From Gammaproteobacteria bacterium (GTDB lineage Bacteria > Pseudomonadota > Gammaproteobacteria > GCA-001735895), in contig JBNKUM010000115.1 in NCBI GenBank assembly GCA_050298595.1, positions 1 through 64,000 of the forward strand: a stretch of DNA of 64,000 nucleotides. The letters are read 5' to 3'. Numbering within the stretch: position 1 is the first letter of the stretch; the number at the start of each line of letters is the position of its first letter. The translations under genes and the position numbers were made by a program. Below the pieces are notes generated by a model. The model saw only the letters and a program-made list of their open reading frames with translations, searched no databases and had not been told where the DNA came from. Below are positions 41,869 to 51,935 of the stretch, one piece after another.

Positions 41869-42777
41869 TTAGCCTCGAGGATGGTGTTCCTCATGCAGGG
41901 ATTGCAACCTGGCCTGCGCGATATGCGTATAGATTTGAGTAGTCGATAAGTCGCTATGGCCCAATAACATCTGCACTGTTCTCAGGTCTGCACCGTGGTT
42001 AAGTAAGTGCGTAGCAAACGCATGTCGCAAAGAATGAGGCGAAAAACTGGTTTTGATACCAGCAATTAACAGATACTTTTTAATATGCTGCCAAAATGCC
42101 TGGCGCGTAATAGCACTGCCCCTGCTGGATAAAAACAGCGCATCGGTAGTCACCTGGGGCTTAACCAGCATAGCTCGAGACTGATTAGTATATCTTTTTA
42201 ACCAGTAAAGGGCCTCTTCTCCTACCGGTATCACGCGTTCTTTATTGCCTTTACCTGTCAACCTGACCAGGCCGAGATTCTGGTTTATCTGATTTAATTC
42301 AAGTGATACCAGCTCACTTACACGTAGACCTGACGAATACATCAATTCAAGCATGCATCGATCACGTAAACCATAATCAGATTCGATATCGGGTGCCTGC
42401 AACAGGTTATCCATGTCTTTCTCAGTTAAACTACCGGGCAATAAGCGGGTTATTTTTGGCGCACTGATCAGTTCACTGGGATTATCTGGCCTTTGACCAC
42501 TACGAACCTGGTAGCGAAAAAACTGTTTAATGGTCGATAACAGACGGGCATTGGTTCTAGCAGAGGATTTGTTCTCCATTCTGAAAGCCAGGTATTGAAG
42601 AATTAAGGCCTGATCCACTTCTATCAGAGGTTTATTTTGTTTCTGTAACCACCTGGCAAACAACAACAGGTCCTGTTTATAGGCATCAAGAGTTAGTTTA
42701 GACAGTCCTTTCTCAGACCAGATGCTATCGATAAACTGATCAATTCTGTTTTCTGACTGTTGTAATGGAGTAATCAT
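41869..42777 (-). CDS. xerD: Tyrosine recombinase XerD
   Basis: GLRVSEL, GKGNKER, TRQAFW, SPHSLRHAFATHLLNHGADLR, terminal HHPRG. Confidence 0.95.
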   Translation of the reverse strand: MITPLQQSENRIDQFIDSIWSEKGLSKLTLDAYKQDLLLFARWLQKQNKPLIEVDQALILQYLAFRMENKSSARTNARLLSTIKQFFRYQVRSGQRPDNPSELISAPKITRLLPGSLTEKDMDNLLQAPDIESDYGLRDRCMLELMYSSGLRVSELVSLELNQINQNLGLVRLTGKGNKERVIPVGEEALYWLKRYTNQSRAMLVKPQVTTDALFLSSRGSAITRQAFWQHIKKYLLIAGIKTSFSPHSLRHAFATHLLNHGADLRTVQMLLGHSDLSTTQIYTHIAQARLQSLHEEHHPRG

Positions 42778-42942
42778 CTTGATAACACCTTATCCCTTGA
42801 CCATTCTAGCTTACGTAATAAAGGACTCATAATTGATTCAAATATATCGATTGTATGGGTATGCAAACCTGTTTAGCGATGTATTACAACACTATGCGAA
42901 CTCATACCAGGGTGCAATAAGAATAGTTTTTTAACGACAGGC

Positions 42943-42975
42943 AAAAAAAAAGGCACATGATATGTGCCTTTTTTA
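42943..42975. terminator. Bidirectional intrinsic terminator
   Basis: A-run, GGCACAT-gat-ATGTGCC stem, T-run. Confidence 0.85.
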
Positions 42976-42997
42976 GCAATAAGCAGAAGTTAACTCA

Positions 42998-43453
42998 TTA
43001 ACTTGCGTCAGCTGCAGGTGCTGCAGGTGCTGCTGGAGCTGCTGCTTTCTTAGCTCTTTTCTTTTTTGGTTTTGGCTTAAGGGATTTAGCCAGACCAGAC
43101 AATTCCTTTTTAACCATAGCTGAAACACTCTTTTCGATTGATGAGCTCATACCGTTTGCTAATTTTGCAAGTCCGGCTGCACTTTTCTGAGTAGCTTTAA
43201 GCTCTGCTTTAACAGCGGCTAGTTCCGCTTTTAACGCCTTTATACGATCAGCAGGTGTAGTTACTCCAGTAACTGCTTTTTTAGCTGTAGATTTTTTTGC
43301 TATAGCTTTTTTAGTCGTTGTTTTTTTAACAGGCGCTTTTTTCGCCACTTTAGGGCGACCGCGTGTTACTGCTTTTTTCATCGCAGTTTTTTTAACAGCA
43401 GTTTTCTTAACTGCACTCTTTTTAGATTTCACTGATTTTTTCTTAATAGCCAT
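42998..43453 (-). CDS. Lys/Ala-rich histone H1-like protein with an AT-hook-like motif
   Basis: AVKK/KKA repeats, TRGRPK, central amphipathic helix, PAA tail; followed by a strong terminator. Confidence 0.7.
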   Translation of the reverse strand: MAIKKKSVKSKKSAVKKTAVKKTAMKKAVTRGRPKVAKKAPVKKTTTKKAIAKKSTAKKAVTGVTTPADRIKALKAELAAVKAELKATQKSAAGLAKLANGMSSSIEKSVSAMVKKELSGLAKSLKPKPKKKRAKKAAAPAAPAAPAADAS

Positions 43454-43581
43454 TTGCTGTTCCTGTTAGATAGGTTGTAGTAAACTAGATTATAAAAAGG
43501 GTTTTAATTTTTTCAACAATTGATTGTTGATTATCGCAAACTTTTTTAATATATGCGTCTATTTTTTATCATTTATTCATA

Positions 43582-44127
43582 ATGCAGCCAAAACTTTTAC
43601 TTCAATGTCCTCCCGCCGGTCTTTTTAAACAACTCGTCGCCATGCTTTACGATAGTTTTTTAATTGCTGCATTGTTATTTATTGCGACTGCCATATTGCT
43701 ACCATTTAATGAAGGCGAGGCCATTATTGGCCCTCTTTATAATATTTATCTGTTGTCTATTTTATTTATTTTTTATAGTGGCTTCTGGAAAAAGGGAGGC
43801 CAAACGCTTGGCATGAAAGCCTGGAAAATTAGAATCATCGATGAATATGGAAACAATCCTCCCTGGGCCATTGGATTTTTAAGATTATTTATAGCCAGTT
43901 TTTTGCCTGTTACTTTTCTGGGTTTAAATCAACACTTCGATTTGATAAGTGACTCTAAAGTTGAAGCGATGGTTTGTGTTTTTATTTTTCTTATGGGCTA
44001 TTTAGTTCGATTAGTCAGGCCATTTACAGTGCATGATCGCTTAAGCCAGACAAAAGTCATCGATATTTCTCAACTGCTGAAACAACAGCAGGAAATTCTA
44101 TCGGGTAGCAATCTTCCTTCGAATTAA
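43582..44127 (+). CDS. RDD family membrane protein
   Basis: AMLYDSFL, GQTLGMKAWKI, HDRLSQT; usual neighbour of lptG. Confidence 0.9.
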   Translation: MQPKLLLQCPPAGLFKQLVAMLYDSFLIAALLFIATAILLPFNEGEAIIGPLYNIYLLSILFIFYSGFWKKGGQTLGMKAWKIRIIDEYGNNPPWAIGFLRLFIASFLPVTFLGLNQHFDLISDSKVEAMVCVFIFLMGYLVRLVRPFTVHDRLSQTKVIDISQLLKQQQEILSGSNLPSN

Positions 44128-45168
44128 CCACGCAGTAATCAATATAAATATAAATGTCGGAAGAAAAGCATTGATGAAAGGTGCTAAATTAGCCTGCTCT
44201 CCTATCTGAATCAGCAGTTTATTCATAACCACATATAAAAGCCCAAGCAGAATACCTGTTAATACCCGTTGTCCGGTATTACTTTGACGTTGCGACCCTA
44301 ATACAAAGGGAATAGCGAGTACAGCCATCACAATAATACCCAGCGGGCTATAAATTTTACGCCATAGGAATAAAGATTCTGCTTTATGGCTAAGTGAATT
44401 TTCGGTTAGAAAGTCGATATAGTGAGACAAATCTATAATCGACATTTGACCAGGATCTGTCACCATAGACTCAAGCAACTGTTTGCTGAGTTGTCCCTGA
44501 TAAAGCCACTTATCTTGCTGTTTCACCTCTATGTGCGACTCAGATAATAAAGTTTGCTTCACCTTATGCAATAACCAGCCCTGATTTCCCGCAGTGGCAT
44601 TTGCAGCTAATGTGGTACTGGTCAGTTTATCCTGTTTATCAAGATGATAAATTTTTATATCTCGAGCATTACCATCTGGATACAGTTGTTGAATATGAAT
44701 TATATTTTTTTCATCTTTGATCCATACCCCGCTCCGGCCAGTCACACTAATTCTTGACTGCCTGTGAGCGGATCGAAACTCCTTAGCGTAGGTTTCACTA
44801 TAAGGTACAACAATATTTGCCAGTATCACTGTAAAAAGAGCGACAAAAGTAGCAGCCAGAGTTACAGAGATGAGTAAGTTTTTGACTGATACGCCTGATG
44901 ATTGCATTGCAATTATTTCGCTGCCGCTTGCCAGGCTGCCCAAACTCAGAATACTACCCAATAACACAGCCAGCGGCATAAAGTCGACCATGATTGAGGG
45001 TACATTCATCAGTAGAAATTGCAGCATCTGAATGACTCCATAAGTCCCCTCGCCGACATTATTCAGCTCACGCACCATGCTATAAAACAGGCTAAGACTA
45101 ATCAGAATAAACAGTACCATGACGCTGCCTTTATAAATATTTCGAGCAAGATAGCTTAGTAAGATCAT
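44098..45168 (-). CDS. lptG: LPS export permease LptG
   Basis: LGSLASGSEIIAMQSSGVS motif; downstream of lptF. Confidence 0.92.
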   Translation of the reverse strand: MILLSYLARNIYKGSVMVLFILISLSLFYSMVRELNNVGEGTYGVIQMLQFLLMNVPSIMVDFMPLAVLLGSILSLGSLASGSEIIAMQSSGVSVKNLLISVTLAATFVALFTVILANIVVPYSETYAKEFRSAHRQSRISVTGRSGVWIKDEKNIIHIQQLYPDGNARDIKIYHLDKQDKLTSTTLAANATAGNQGWLLHKVKQTLLSESHIEVKQQDKWLYQGQLSKQLLESMVTDPGQMSIIDLSHYIDFLTENSLSHKAESLFLWRKIYSPLGIIVMAVLAIPFVLGSQRQSNTGQRVLTGILLGLLYVVMNKLLIQIGEQANLAPFINAFLPTFIFILITAWLIRRKIATR

Positions 45169-46259
45169 ACTGTTCTACCCCGTCTGAACAGAAAAAGATT
45201 GCCTGTACGTTTTTTTAATAGCAGCAAGGTTTGTACTAAAAACATTACATGTACCCACCAGTAATTTAGCCACATGGGAATAGTACCGGCTTCCATAGAG
45301 GTTTTTGACAGGCCTAACAAATTCAAATACACAATAAACACCAGCAAAGACAGACCAATTTTCCCATAACGCCCATGCCTGGGCGCAATATAAGAGAGTG
45401 GAACCGCCAGTAAAGCCAGCACCAGAACCGATATACAGTTAGAAATTCGCCACCATAGCTCAATTTTGTCAGATAAAGACACCGATGCCAGAATATCAGA
45501 CAGGGATTTTTCGTAGGGCTTCAATGCTTTGGCAGTTAAGGTTTTTTTCTTGAGTAAAGTTCCATGACTCTCGAATTCAATCACTTGATAATCGGGATCA
45601 CCAGCATTTCCCTGATAGCGTATGCCTGGCCCCATTTCAAGAAATAGATCGCCGCTAGTTTCATCCAGTTTATGACGTCCTTTTTTAGCGGTTTCCAGCA
45701 CATCCGATTTCTTTCCCTGTTGAGTGATAACAATATCGTAAATTTCAAGTCTATCTTCTGACATAGATTTCATAAAAAACACCTGATCATTTTTCTGATT
45801 AGGATTAAATTGTCCAACCTTCATCTGCTGAAACTCGTGCACATTTTCCTTCTCATTAATGATATGACGTGCATATGCCTGCATCTCGGCATTAAGCCAC
45901 AGGCTACAAAAGATACTGATCAGGAGAACAGGAAATAGCAGGATCAAAACTACTCTATAAAGATCTCTATAACCAACACCACAGGCATGCATCACTACCA
46001 GTTCATGGTCTTTATACAGACGTCCAAAAGCAAAAATAATCCCCAGAAAAAAACCCAGTGGCAATAACATGGAAAAAACATCGACTGACTGCGCCAGCAA
46101 TACCGGATAAAGTGCCTCAGAAGGCAACTTTCCAGAAGAAATATCTGACAGAGCTCTCCCCAGAGAGTTACTCATCAAAATCACGTACAATATCAAGGTT
46201 GTAGCAACTGAACTTTTCAGTATTTCAACAACAAGATAGCGCTGTATAATAGATATCAT
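45165..46259 (-). CDS. lptF: LPS export permease LptF
   Basis: GRLYKDHELVVMHACG, PRHGRY; divergent from pepA. Confidence 0.92.
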   Translation of the reverse strand: MISIIQRYLVVEILKSSVATTLILYVILMSNSLGRALSDISSGKLPSEALYPVLLAQSVDVFSMLLPLGFFLGIIFAFGRLYKDHELVVMHACGVGYRDLYRVVLILLFPVLLISIFCSLWLNAEMQAYARHIINEKENVHEFQQMKVGQFNPNQKNDQVFFMKSMSEDRLEIYDIVITQQGKKSDVLETAKKGRHKLDETSGDLFLEMGPGIRYQGNAGDPDYQVIEFESHGTLLKKKTLTAKALKPYEKSLSDILASVSLSDKIELWWRISNCISVLVLALLAVPLSYIAPRHGRYGKIGLSLLVFIVYLNLLGLSKTSMEAGTIPMWLNYWWVHVMFLVQTLLLLKKRTGNLFLFRRGRTV

Positions 46260-46486
46260 TGATAGAATATAATTGAACTGAATTAAAAAAAGCTAAATAT
46301 TGTGATAAAACAAAAATCGTTCTGGTTGTTTTTTAATACTTATCGTATCTTATATCATTGTATACTTATTGGCAGCCCCGCTTTTCGAACAATAGCACGC
46401 GCCGCTTTTTCTCAGTTGTTGCCGGCATATGACTTCAAGACATATGCACGGACTTAATGTAGTTAAAATCAGGTAGGTTTAACCCC

Positions 46487-47980
46487 ATGGAATTTAATGT
46501 TAAAAGTGGTAATCCCGAAAAACAGCGGACTGCATGCCTTATAATTGCAGTTTCTGAACCACGAAAACTCTCACGCGCCGGAAAATCGATCGACAAGATC
46601 AGTGACGGTTATTTATCCACCGTCATTCGGCGCGGTGATATGGATGGCAAACTTGGACAGACCCGAGTTCTCCACAATGTTCCGGGCACCCTGGCAGACC
46701 GTGTTCTGTTAGTAGGCTGTGGCAAGGATAAGAATTTAAACGAGGCATCCTATTTAAAGATTCTTGACAGCCTGTCACAGGCGATGGATAACCTGGGAGC
46801 AATGGAAGCCCACTCCTATCTGAGTGACATTAATATAAAGGGACGCGACATTATATGGAAAATCCGCCAGACCGTCATTCGCATGGAAAGCAATCGTTAC
46901 CTTTTTGACCAATTAAAAACCGATAAAAAAGCGCCTTCTAAAAATCTTCGTAAACTGGTGTTAAATGTACCCAGTCGCCGCGACCTGAGTGCAGGCGAAA
47001 ATGCCATACTGCAGGGTAATTCAGTGACCTCTGGCGTTAACCTGGCCAAAGACCTGGGCAATTTGCCCGGCAATATCTGTACGCCTTCTTATCTTGCCGA
47101 ACAGGCTTTACGACTGGAAAAATTATTCCCTGCCCTGGTAACCGATATTCTCGAAGAAGAGGATATGAAAAAACTCGAAATGGGCTCCCTGCTATCGGTC
47201 AGCGCAGGCAGTCGACAGCCAGCAAAATTGATCTGTATGGAATACCACGGTAGTGATGTCGAGCAAAAGCCTGTCGTACTGGTTGGAAAAGGAGTCACTT
47301 TTGACTCTGGCGGCATCTCGCTCAAACCTGGCGCGGCGATGGATGAAATGAAGTACGACATGTGCGGTGCAGCCTCAGTATTAGGCACTATGAATGCGAT
47401 AGCAGAAATGCAATTACCCATAAATGTGGTTGGTATTATCCCCACTACCGAGAACCTCCCAGATGGTCTGGCGACCAAACCGGGAGACATCGTCACCAGC
47501 ATGTCAGGGCAAACCATCGAAATCCTCAACACCGATGCCGAAGGGCGTCTGATTCTATGTGATGCTCTTACTTATGCTGAAAAATATGATCCTGATGTGG
47601 TCATAGATATAGCTACCCTGACCGGAGCCTGCATCGTAGCATTAGGACGAGTACCCTCAGCTGTATTAGGTAATCACAGCCCATTAATCAATGACCTGAT
47701 CAGTGCAGGTAAGAAGATAGAGGACAAACTCTGGGAATTACCCTTATGGGATGAGTATCAGGAACAGCTGGACAGTAATTTCGCCGACATCGCCAATATT
47801 GGGGGAAAAGACGGTGGCACCATTACCGCGGCATGCTTCCTGTCACGCTTCACAAAAAAATATAAATGGGCACACCTTGATATCGCAGGCACAGCCTGGA
47901 TCACGGGTGACAAAAAAGGCGCCACCGGAAGACCCGTCCCCTTACTCACCCAGTACATACTGGATCGACTGGAAGGTTAA
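46487..47980 (+). CDS. pepA: Leucyl aminopeptidase A
   Basis: GKGVTFDSGG, MKYDMCG, NTDAEGRL, AHLDIAGTA. Confidence 0.97.
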   Translation: MEFNVKSGNPEKQRTACLIIAVSEPRKLSRAGKSIDKISDGYLSTVIRRGDMDGKLGQTRVLHNVPGTLADRVLLVGCGKDKNLNEASYLKILDSLSQAMDNLGAMEAHSYLSDINIKGRDIIWKIRQTVIRMESNRYLFDQLKTDKKAPSKNLRKLVLNVPSRRDLSAGENAILQGNSVTSGVNLAKDLGNLPGNICTPSYLAEQALRLEKLFPALVTDILEEEDMKKLEMGSLLSVSAGSRQPAKLICMEYHGSDVEQKPVVLVGKGVTFDSGGISLKPGAAMDEMKYDMCGAASVLGTMNAIAEMQLPINVVGIIPTTENLPDGLATKPGDIVTSMSGQTIEILNTDAEGRLILCDALTYAEKYDPDVVIDIATLTGACIVALGRVPSAVLGNHSPLINDLISAGKKIEDKLWELPLWDEYQEQLDSNFADIANIGGKDGGTITAACFLSRFTKKYKWAHLDIAGTAWITGDKKGATGRPVPLLTQYILDRLEG

Positions 47981-47986
47981 AGTCAT

Positions 47987-48400
47987 ATGACACGTATAGA
48001 CTTTTACCAGATAACCGAATCACGCCTGAGTGAAGATGCACTGGTGTGTAAGTTATGCCAGAAAGCCTATGCCGCAAAGCAAAATGTATTATTGCTCACC
48101 CGTAGTGAGCAACATAGCCAGAGACTGGACCAGTTATTGTGGACGCATGACGATGAAAGCTTCATACCTCACGACCAACAGGATGATGAAGGCATGCTTA
48201 CGCCGATTTTAATCAATCACGAGGCTGACCCGCGGGGTGAACGCCAGTTATTAATCAACCTGAGTAATGAAATCCCTCTGTTCTTTGCCCAGTTCGAGCG
48301 TGTGCTCGAACTGGTTACTGATGACAATAAAGAGCAGGCTCGATCACATTACAGTTACTATAAAGAACGCGGCTACCCGCTCAATTATCACCCGCTATGA
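47987..48400 (+). CDS. holC: DNA polymerase III chi subunit
   Basis: MTRIDFY, LDQLLW, SFIPH, AR..Y..Y...GY; directly follows pepA. Confidence 0.93.
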   Translation: MTRIDFYQITESRLSEDALVCKLCQKAYAAKQNVLLLTRSEQHSQRLDQLLWTHDDESFIPHDQQDDEGMLTPILINHEADPRGERQLLINLSNEIPLFFAQFERVLELVTDDNKEQARSHYSYYKERGYPLNYHPL

Positions 48401-48708
48401 GTAAAGAAATTAAAATCCCATTACTCAAAGAACTGATTTCCAGAGGAGATAAGGACGCTGGTTATTTAGAAACTACCTCATCTGAGGGCCATCAAATAGA
48501 AACTCCGCATGACTCACCCGAGCATCTGAATATTTTTAAACCGGAGCCAATAAATTTATCGGAGCTGGAAAACGATGAGCATATGGAAGATTTTTTTTCA
48601 GTTCAGGAGTTATTGATTGAAGAGGAGGTACGCATGATTCTGGATAAGCATATGGAAAATGCTTATGAGGAAATTATTCGATTAATTCATCATCGGTTAA
48701 ACCATTAA
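48397..48708 (+). CDS. Acidic hypothetical protein coupled to holC
   Basis: ATGA overlap with holC; IPLLKELI N-terminus, as in small acidic proteins often found after holC. Confidence 0.7.
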   Translation: MSKEIKIPLLKELISRGDKDAGYLETTSSEGHQIETPHDSPEHLNIFKPEPINLSELENDEHMEDFFSVQELLIEEEVRMILDKHMENAYEEIIRLIHHRLNH

Positions 48709-48759
48709 TCTGACGCGACTTCGATTGGATTTTTAGTATCAAACCACACCGGGTATCCG

Positions 48760-49043
48760 AAAAAACTACAGCTCACACCATGCATGGATAAGGAAATCAT
48801 AGGGGTGTTTTCAGCATGCTCACCACTCAGGCAGAATCATATTGGTCTGTCTATTGTTCAATTGAAAAAAGTTGAAGGTAATAAAGTTTTTGTAGAGGTA
48901 TTGATGTTCTGGATGGAACACCTTTGCTGGATATTAAGCAGTATATTTCGGTGTTTGATCGTGTGGAAGAGAGTTCTTTGGGGTGATTGAAGGCTAGTGA
49001 TGAGGAAATTGTTGAGAAACGGTCGGATGATCGGTTTCAATGA
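48760..49043 (+). pseudogene. trmO: tRNA m6t6A methyltransferase TrmO/TsaA remnant
   Basis: GVFSACSPLRQNHIGLSIV, a frameshift near 48898, then IDVLDGTPLLDIK...G*L...RSDDRF; 5' part missing. Confidence 0.8.
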
Positions 49044-49089
49044 TGCCTCTGACGGATAATTGTTTCACACGCTTTTGCTTTTCTTGCTT

Positions 49090-49330
49090 CGTAGCTACTG
49101 ACGAGTACGCGTGCAAGTAACTTCCTTTTACGCGAAAAGAAAGATACCAAAGAAAGCACGCCCCACAATCCCTTGATTATTTCGGGCTTCCGGCCCTCCA
49201 CCCTCCGGGCCGCACTGTGTGCGTTCAAAAATGTTCCAGACATTTTTGTCGTCAAAATAGCACTCACATCGCGGTCGGCTCAGACGCGCGTCCCACCGCG
49301 CTGAGCCTCAAATGGCATCCATGCCTTTTG
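49090..49330. repeat. REP-like multi-hairpin intergenic element
   Basis: Hairpins CAAAAATGT/ACATTTTTG, GGCTCAG..CTGAGCC and GGCATCCATGCC (49314-49325); similar to 30325-30391. Confidence 0.6.
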
Positions 49331-49547
49331 ACCCCGATCTGAACATTATTTTGCCGCGGGTTTGAAAGAGTATTTTAAAATAAAAGAGTTTCCTGGTTAC
49401 GTATAAAGCGCCATTAGCTTGGTTACTTGAAGATCCAGTAGAAAAAAGAACTAGTAATTTTAAAGATGATCTGTATTGCAGAGAATAAAAAATCACTATA
49501 AGATTTTAGCCGATGGATCAAAAACCATGTCACTTTAGCACTGACTC

Positions 49548-49842
49548 ATGAAAATTTATTTAGATGACTTAAGGCCAACTCCTGATGGTTGGATACATAC
49601 ATTGGCCTGATGAAGTCATAGAATATCTAAAGACTGATAATGTTGAAATTATCAGCCTTGATCATGATTCAGGGGATGTCGAAAGATGTACTGGTTACGA
49701 TGTAGTACTCTGGATTGAAGAAGCCGTTGCAACCAGAAGATTCAAGCCACCTGAAATTAGAGTACATAGTGCGAATAGTGCTGCAAGAGCACGAATAGAA
49801 GCTGGAATTCGAGCTATCGAACGCTTAACTCGGGAATTGTAG
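49548..49842 (+). pseudogene. Frameshifted cyclic-phosphate-processing receiver-domain gene
   Basis: MKIYLDDLRPTPDGW from ATG 49548, then a frame change into WPDEVI..ISLDHD.G...TGYDVVLWIEE..VHSAN. Confidence 0.78.
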
Positions 49843-49900
49843 CGAGTTATGACTGATGATTTTTATACTGTAGTACCTGATATCTAAAACTATCAATAAA

Positions 49901-50434
49901 ATGAAATCAACAATCATATATTTCTTATTTTCCCTAACCTTGGTTACCCTCCCCGCTGCTGCACAGGCTCAAATACCACCAACAACCATAGAGAATATCA
50001 TTGCTGATTACACTCAACAAATGTCAAAAGACTGGAGCGACTACAAACTCACTCAATATTTCTCAAAACAAAAACCAGACTTTCATTACCTGTCTGAGAC
50101 CTTTGAACAGTCCATAGTTTCTGATTCTACTAATATAGAGTCCCGCTATATTAATGTATCGGAAATACCTGATTCAAAAGGCGGTTACGAATTAATTATT
50201 TTAAAAATAACCTACCCGAATCTCGAAATAAGCAGCGTTAACTACAGTAAAATAATAAACTCCCCCAACAAAAATCTAAAAGGCGGAAAGATTTTTATCG
50301 GCTATACCGCTAAGCAATGTGATAATGAAATCATCCTTATAGCCTCACTAGCTGTAGCTTCTGAAAAAATCAAAAGCTATTTTTCACACTTTCAGAAATC
50401 TGCATATTTATGCCTGAAATTCAACAAGGATTGA
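49901..50434 (+). CDS. Exported hypothetical protein
   Basis: Signal peptide ending AQA; AT-rich; no family recognised. Confidence 0.65.
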   Translation: MKSTIIYFLFSLTLVTLPAAAQAQIPPTTIENIIADYTQQMSKDWSDYKLTQYFSKQKPDFHYLSETFEQSIVSDSTNIESRYINVSEIPDSKGGYELIILKITYPNLEISSVNYSKIINSPNKNLKGGKIFIGYTAKQCDNEIILIASLAVASEKIKSYFSHFQKSAYLCLKFNKD

Positions 50435-50465
50435 AATTAACGCACTTTCTGAGAGGTGTTTTAAC

Positions 50466-51044
50466 TTGAACCTATCACTGCTGAACCTTAGAAACAGTTA
50501 TTATTTTATGCGACATGGCGAGAGCGAAGCCAATGTGGCAGGTTTAATCGTGAGCGATCCTGAACAGGGTTGCCATACTTTTGGTTTAACTGAAAACGGT
50601 AAACAACAGGTTCTTTCTTCTATTAAGGGTTTTTCTGAAACTGCATTCGATGTCATTATCACTTCAGATTTCCTCAGAGCTAGACAAACCGCTGAGATTG
50701 TTGCTGAATTGTGTAATTTACCTGCACCAGTAATAAAACCCGATTTACGAGAACGATGGTTTGGAGAATGGGATGGTCAGTCTGATATTCATTATCAGGA
50801 TGTCTGGAATAACGATATAAAACCTGACCCAACTAATGATACAAACGTAGAACCTGTTGAAAATGTTCTACAACGAGGGCTGAATGTTATTAAACAGCTT
50901 GAAAAGGAATACAGTGAAAAATCGATTTTACTGGTATCTCATGGAGATATGTTGCAGATTTTACACACAGCTTTTAATGGTTTAGCACCTTCCCAACATA
51001 GAAAACTGCCTCATCACCGGACAGCACAAATCATTAAATTTTAA
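50466..51044 (+). CDS. Histidine phosphatase (phosphoglycerate mutase) family protein
   Basis: MRHGESEAN, SDFLRARQTA, LRERWFG, VSHGD. Confidence 0.9.
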   Translation: MNLSLLNLRNSYYFMRHGESEANVAGLIVSDPEQGCHTFGLTENGKQQVLSSIKGFSETAFDVIITSDFLRARQTAEIVAELCNLPAPVIKPDLRERWFGEWDGQSDIHYQDVWNNDIKPDPTNDTNVEPVENVLQRGLNVIKQLEKEYSEKSILLVSHGDMLQILHTAFNGLAPSQHRKLPHHRTAQIIKF

Positions 51045-51095
51045 AATCAGCTCAACTGACCTGCCCCATGAGATTTACATCTATAGGAAATAAGA

Positions 51096-51590
51096 ATGGA
51101 TGAATATTTTCAGAGCTTGCAGAATTAGTTGGTGACGAATTTGAACATATTGACAGAAGATTAAAAAATCACCTTCAGGGCACTCGTAACCTCCTTAAAG
51201 AATGATCTGCATCAGCCACATTGCAAATAGCTGGCTTATATCATGCCGTCTATTGTACAGATGGCTTTGGTGATGTACTTTATTATCGGTATAGAGGCCG
51301 AAGACATTGTTTATTTATACTGTGCCTGCGATAGGGATTACTTTTGGCCTCAGATCGATGTTGAGGCAGAGCCTGAATTCAGAAATAGATTCACTGTTAA
51401 ATTGTTCCCGTTAAGTCCGCAGCAGCTTCAAGATTTTTGTGAATTGACCGTGGCAAACGAAATTGAAATTGCTATGGATAATCCATCATTCATAAATGAG
51501 TATGGTCGGTATCTGTATTCAACGTTTAAAAACATTCGTAAAATTATATATCTAAGCCAGCATCAACCGCTGTTGAGCAGGTATTAGGTT
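51096..51590 (+). pseudogene. Decayed gene resembling DUF6817 proteins
   Basis: FEHID..L.NHLQGTRNLLKE*SA...AGLYHAVY.TDGF, then in another frame AEDIVYLYCACDRDYFW..FCELTVANEIEI; contains a stop and frameshifts. Confidence 0.6.
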
Positions 51591-51935
51591 GCAGCAATGC
51601 TTAAAAAGATGCAGCTACCGAGTTCAGGAATCTAAGCATACTAAATCGTTTAATGTAGTTGCTAATTTTGATAGAGATTCCCGCACTATCGCTCGTAATG
51701 AACTGGAACTTTAGGTTCAATCCCATATTTTGGCCCGGCATAAAAAGACAACAAGCAAATCTCTTTGAAGTGTTGAATATATTTACCCAGTCCTTATTGA
51801 GCGCTAAAAAACTAGTCATCTTGTTGGGTCAACGGACACAGATGTCCACTGAAGACAATAGCTCATGATTGAAATCCCAATGACTAGAAGATAAGCTACC
51901 CCCCTCGTGGCAGTTGGATTTCAAAGAGTAGTTAA

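Noticed and set aside
41869-42777. Tyrosine recombinase as a prophage or island integrase
   Set aside because: Its motifs and HHPRG terminus identify housekeeping XerD; no phage genes or att sites are nearby.
48980-51210. In-frame TGA codons in the trmO and DUF6817-like remnants as selenocysteine or recoding
   Set aside because: They fall at probable Trp positions (TGG to TGA) in genes that also carry frameshifts, and intact genes in this window use TGA as stop.
51601-51868. Short overlapping ORFs upstream of the large lipoprotein
   Set aside because: No recognisable family and no convincing start signals; left unannotated.
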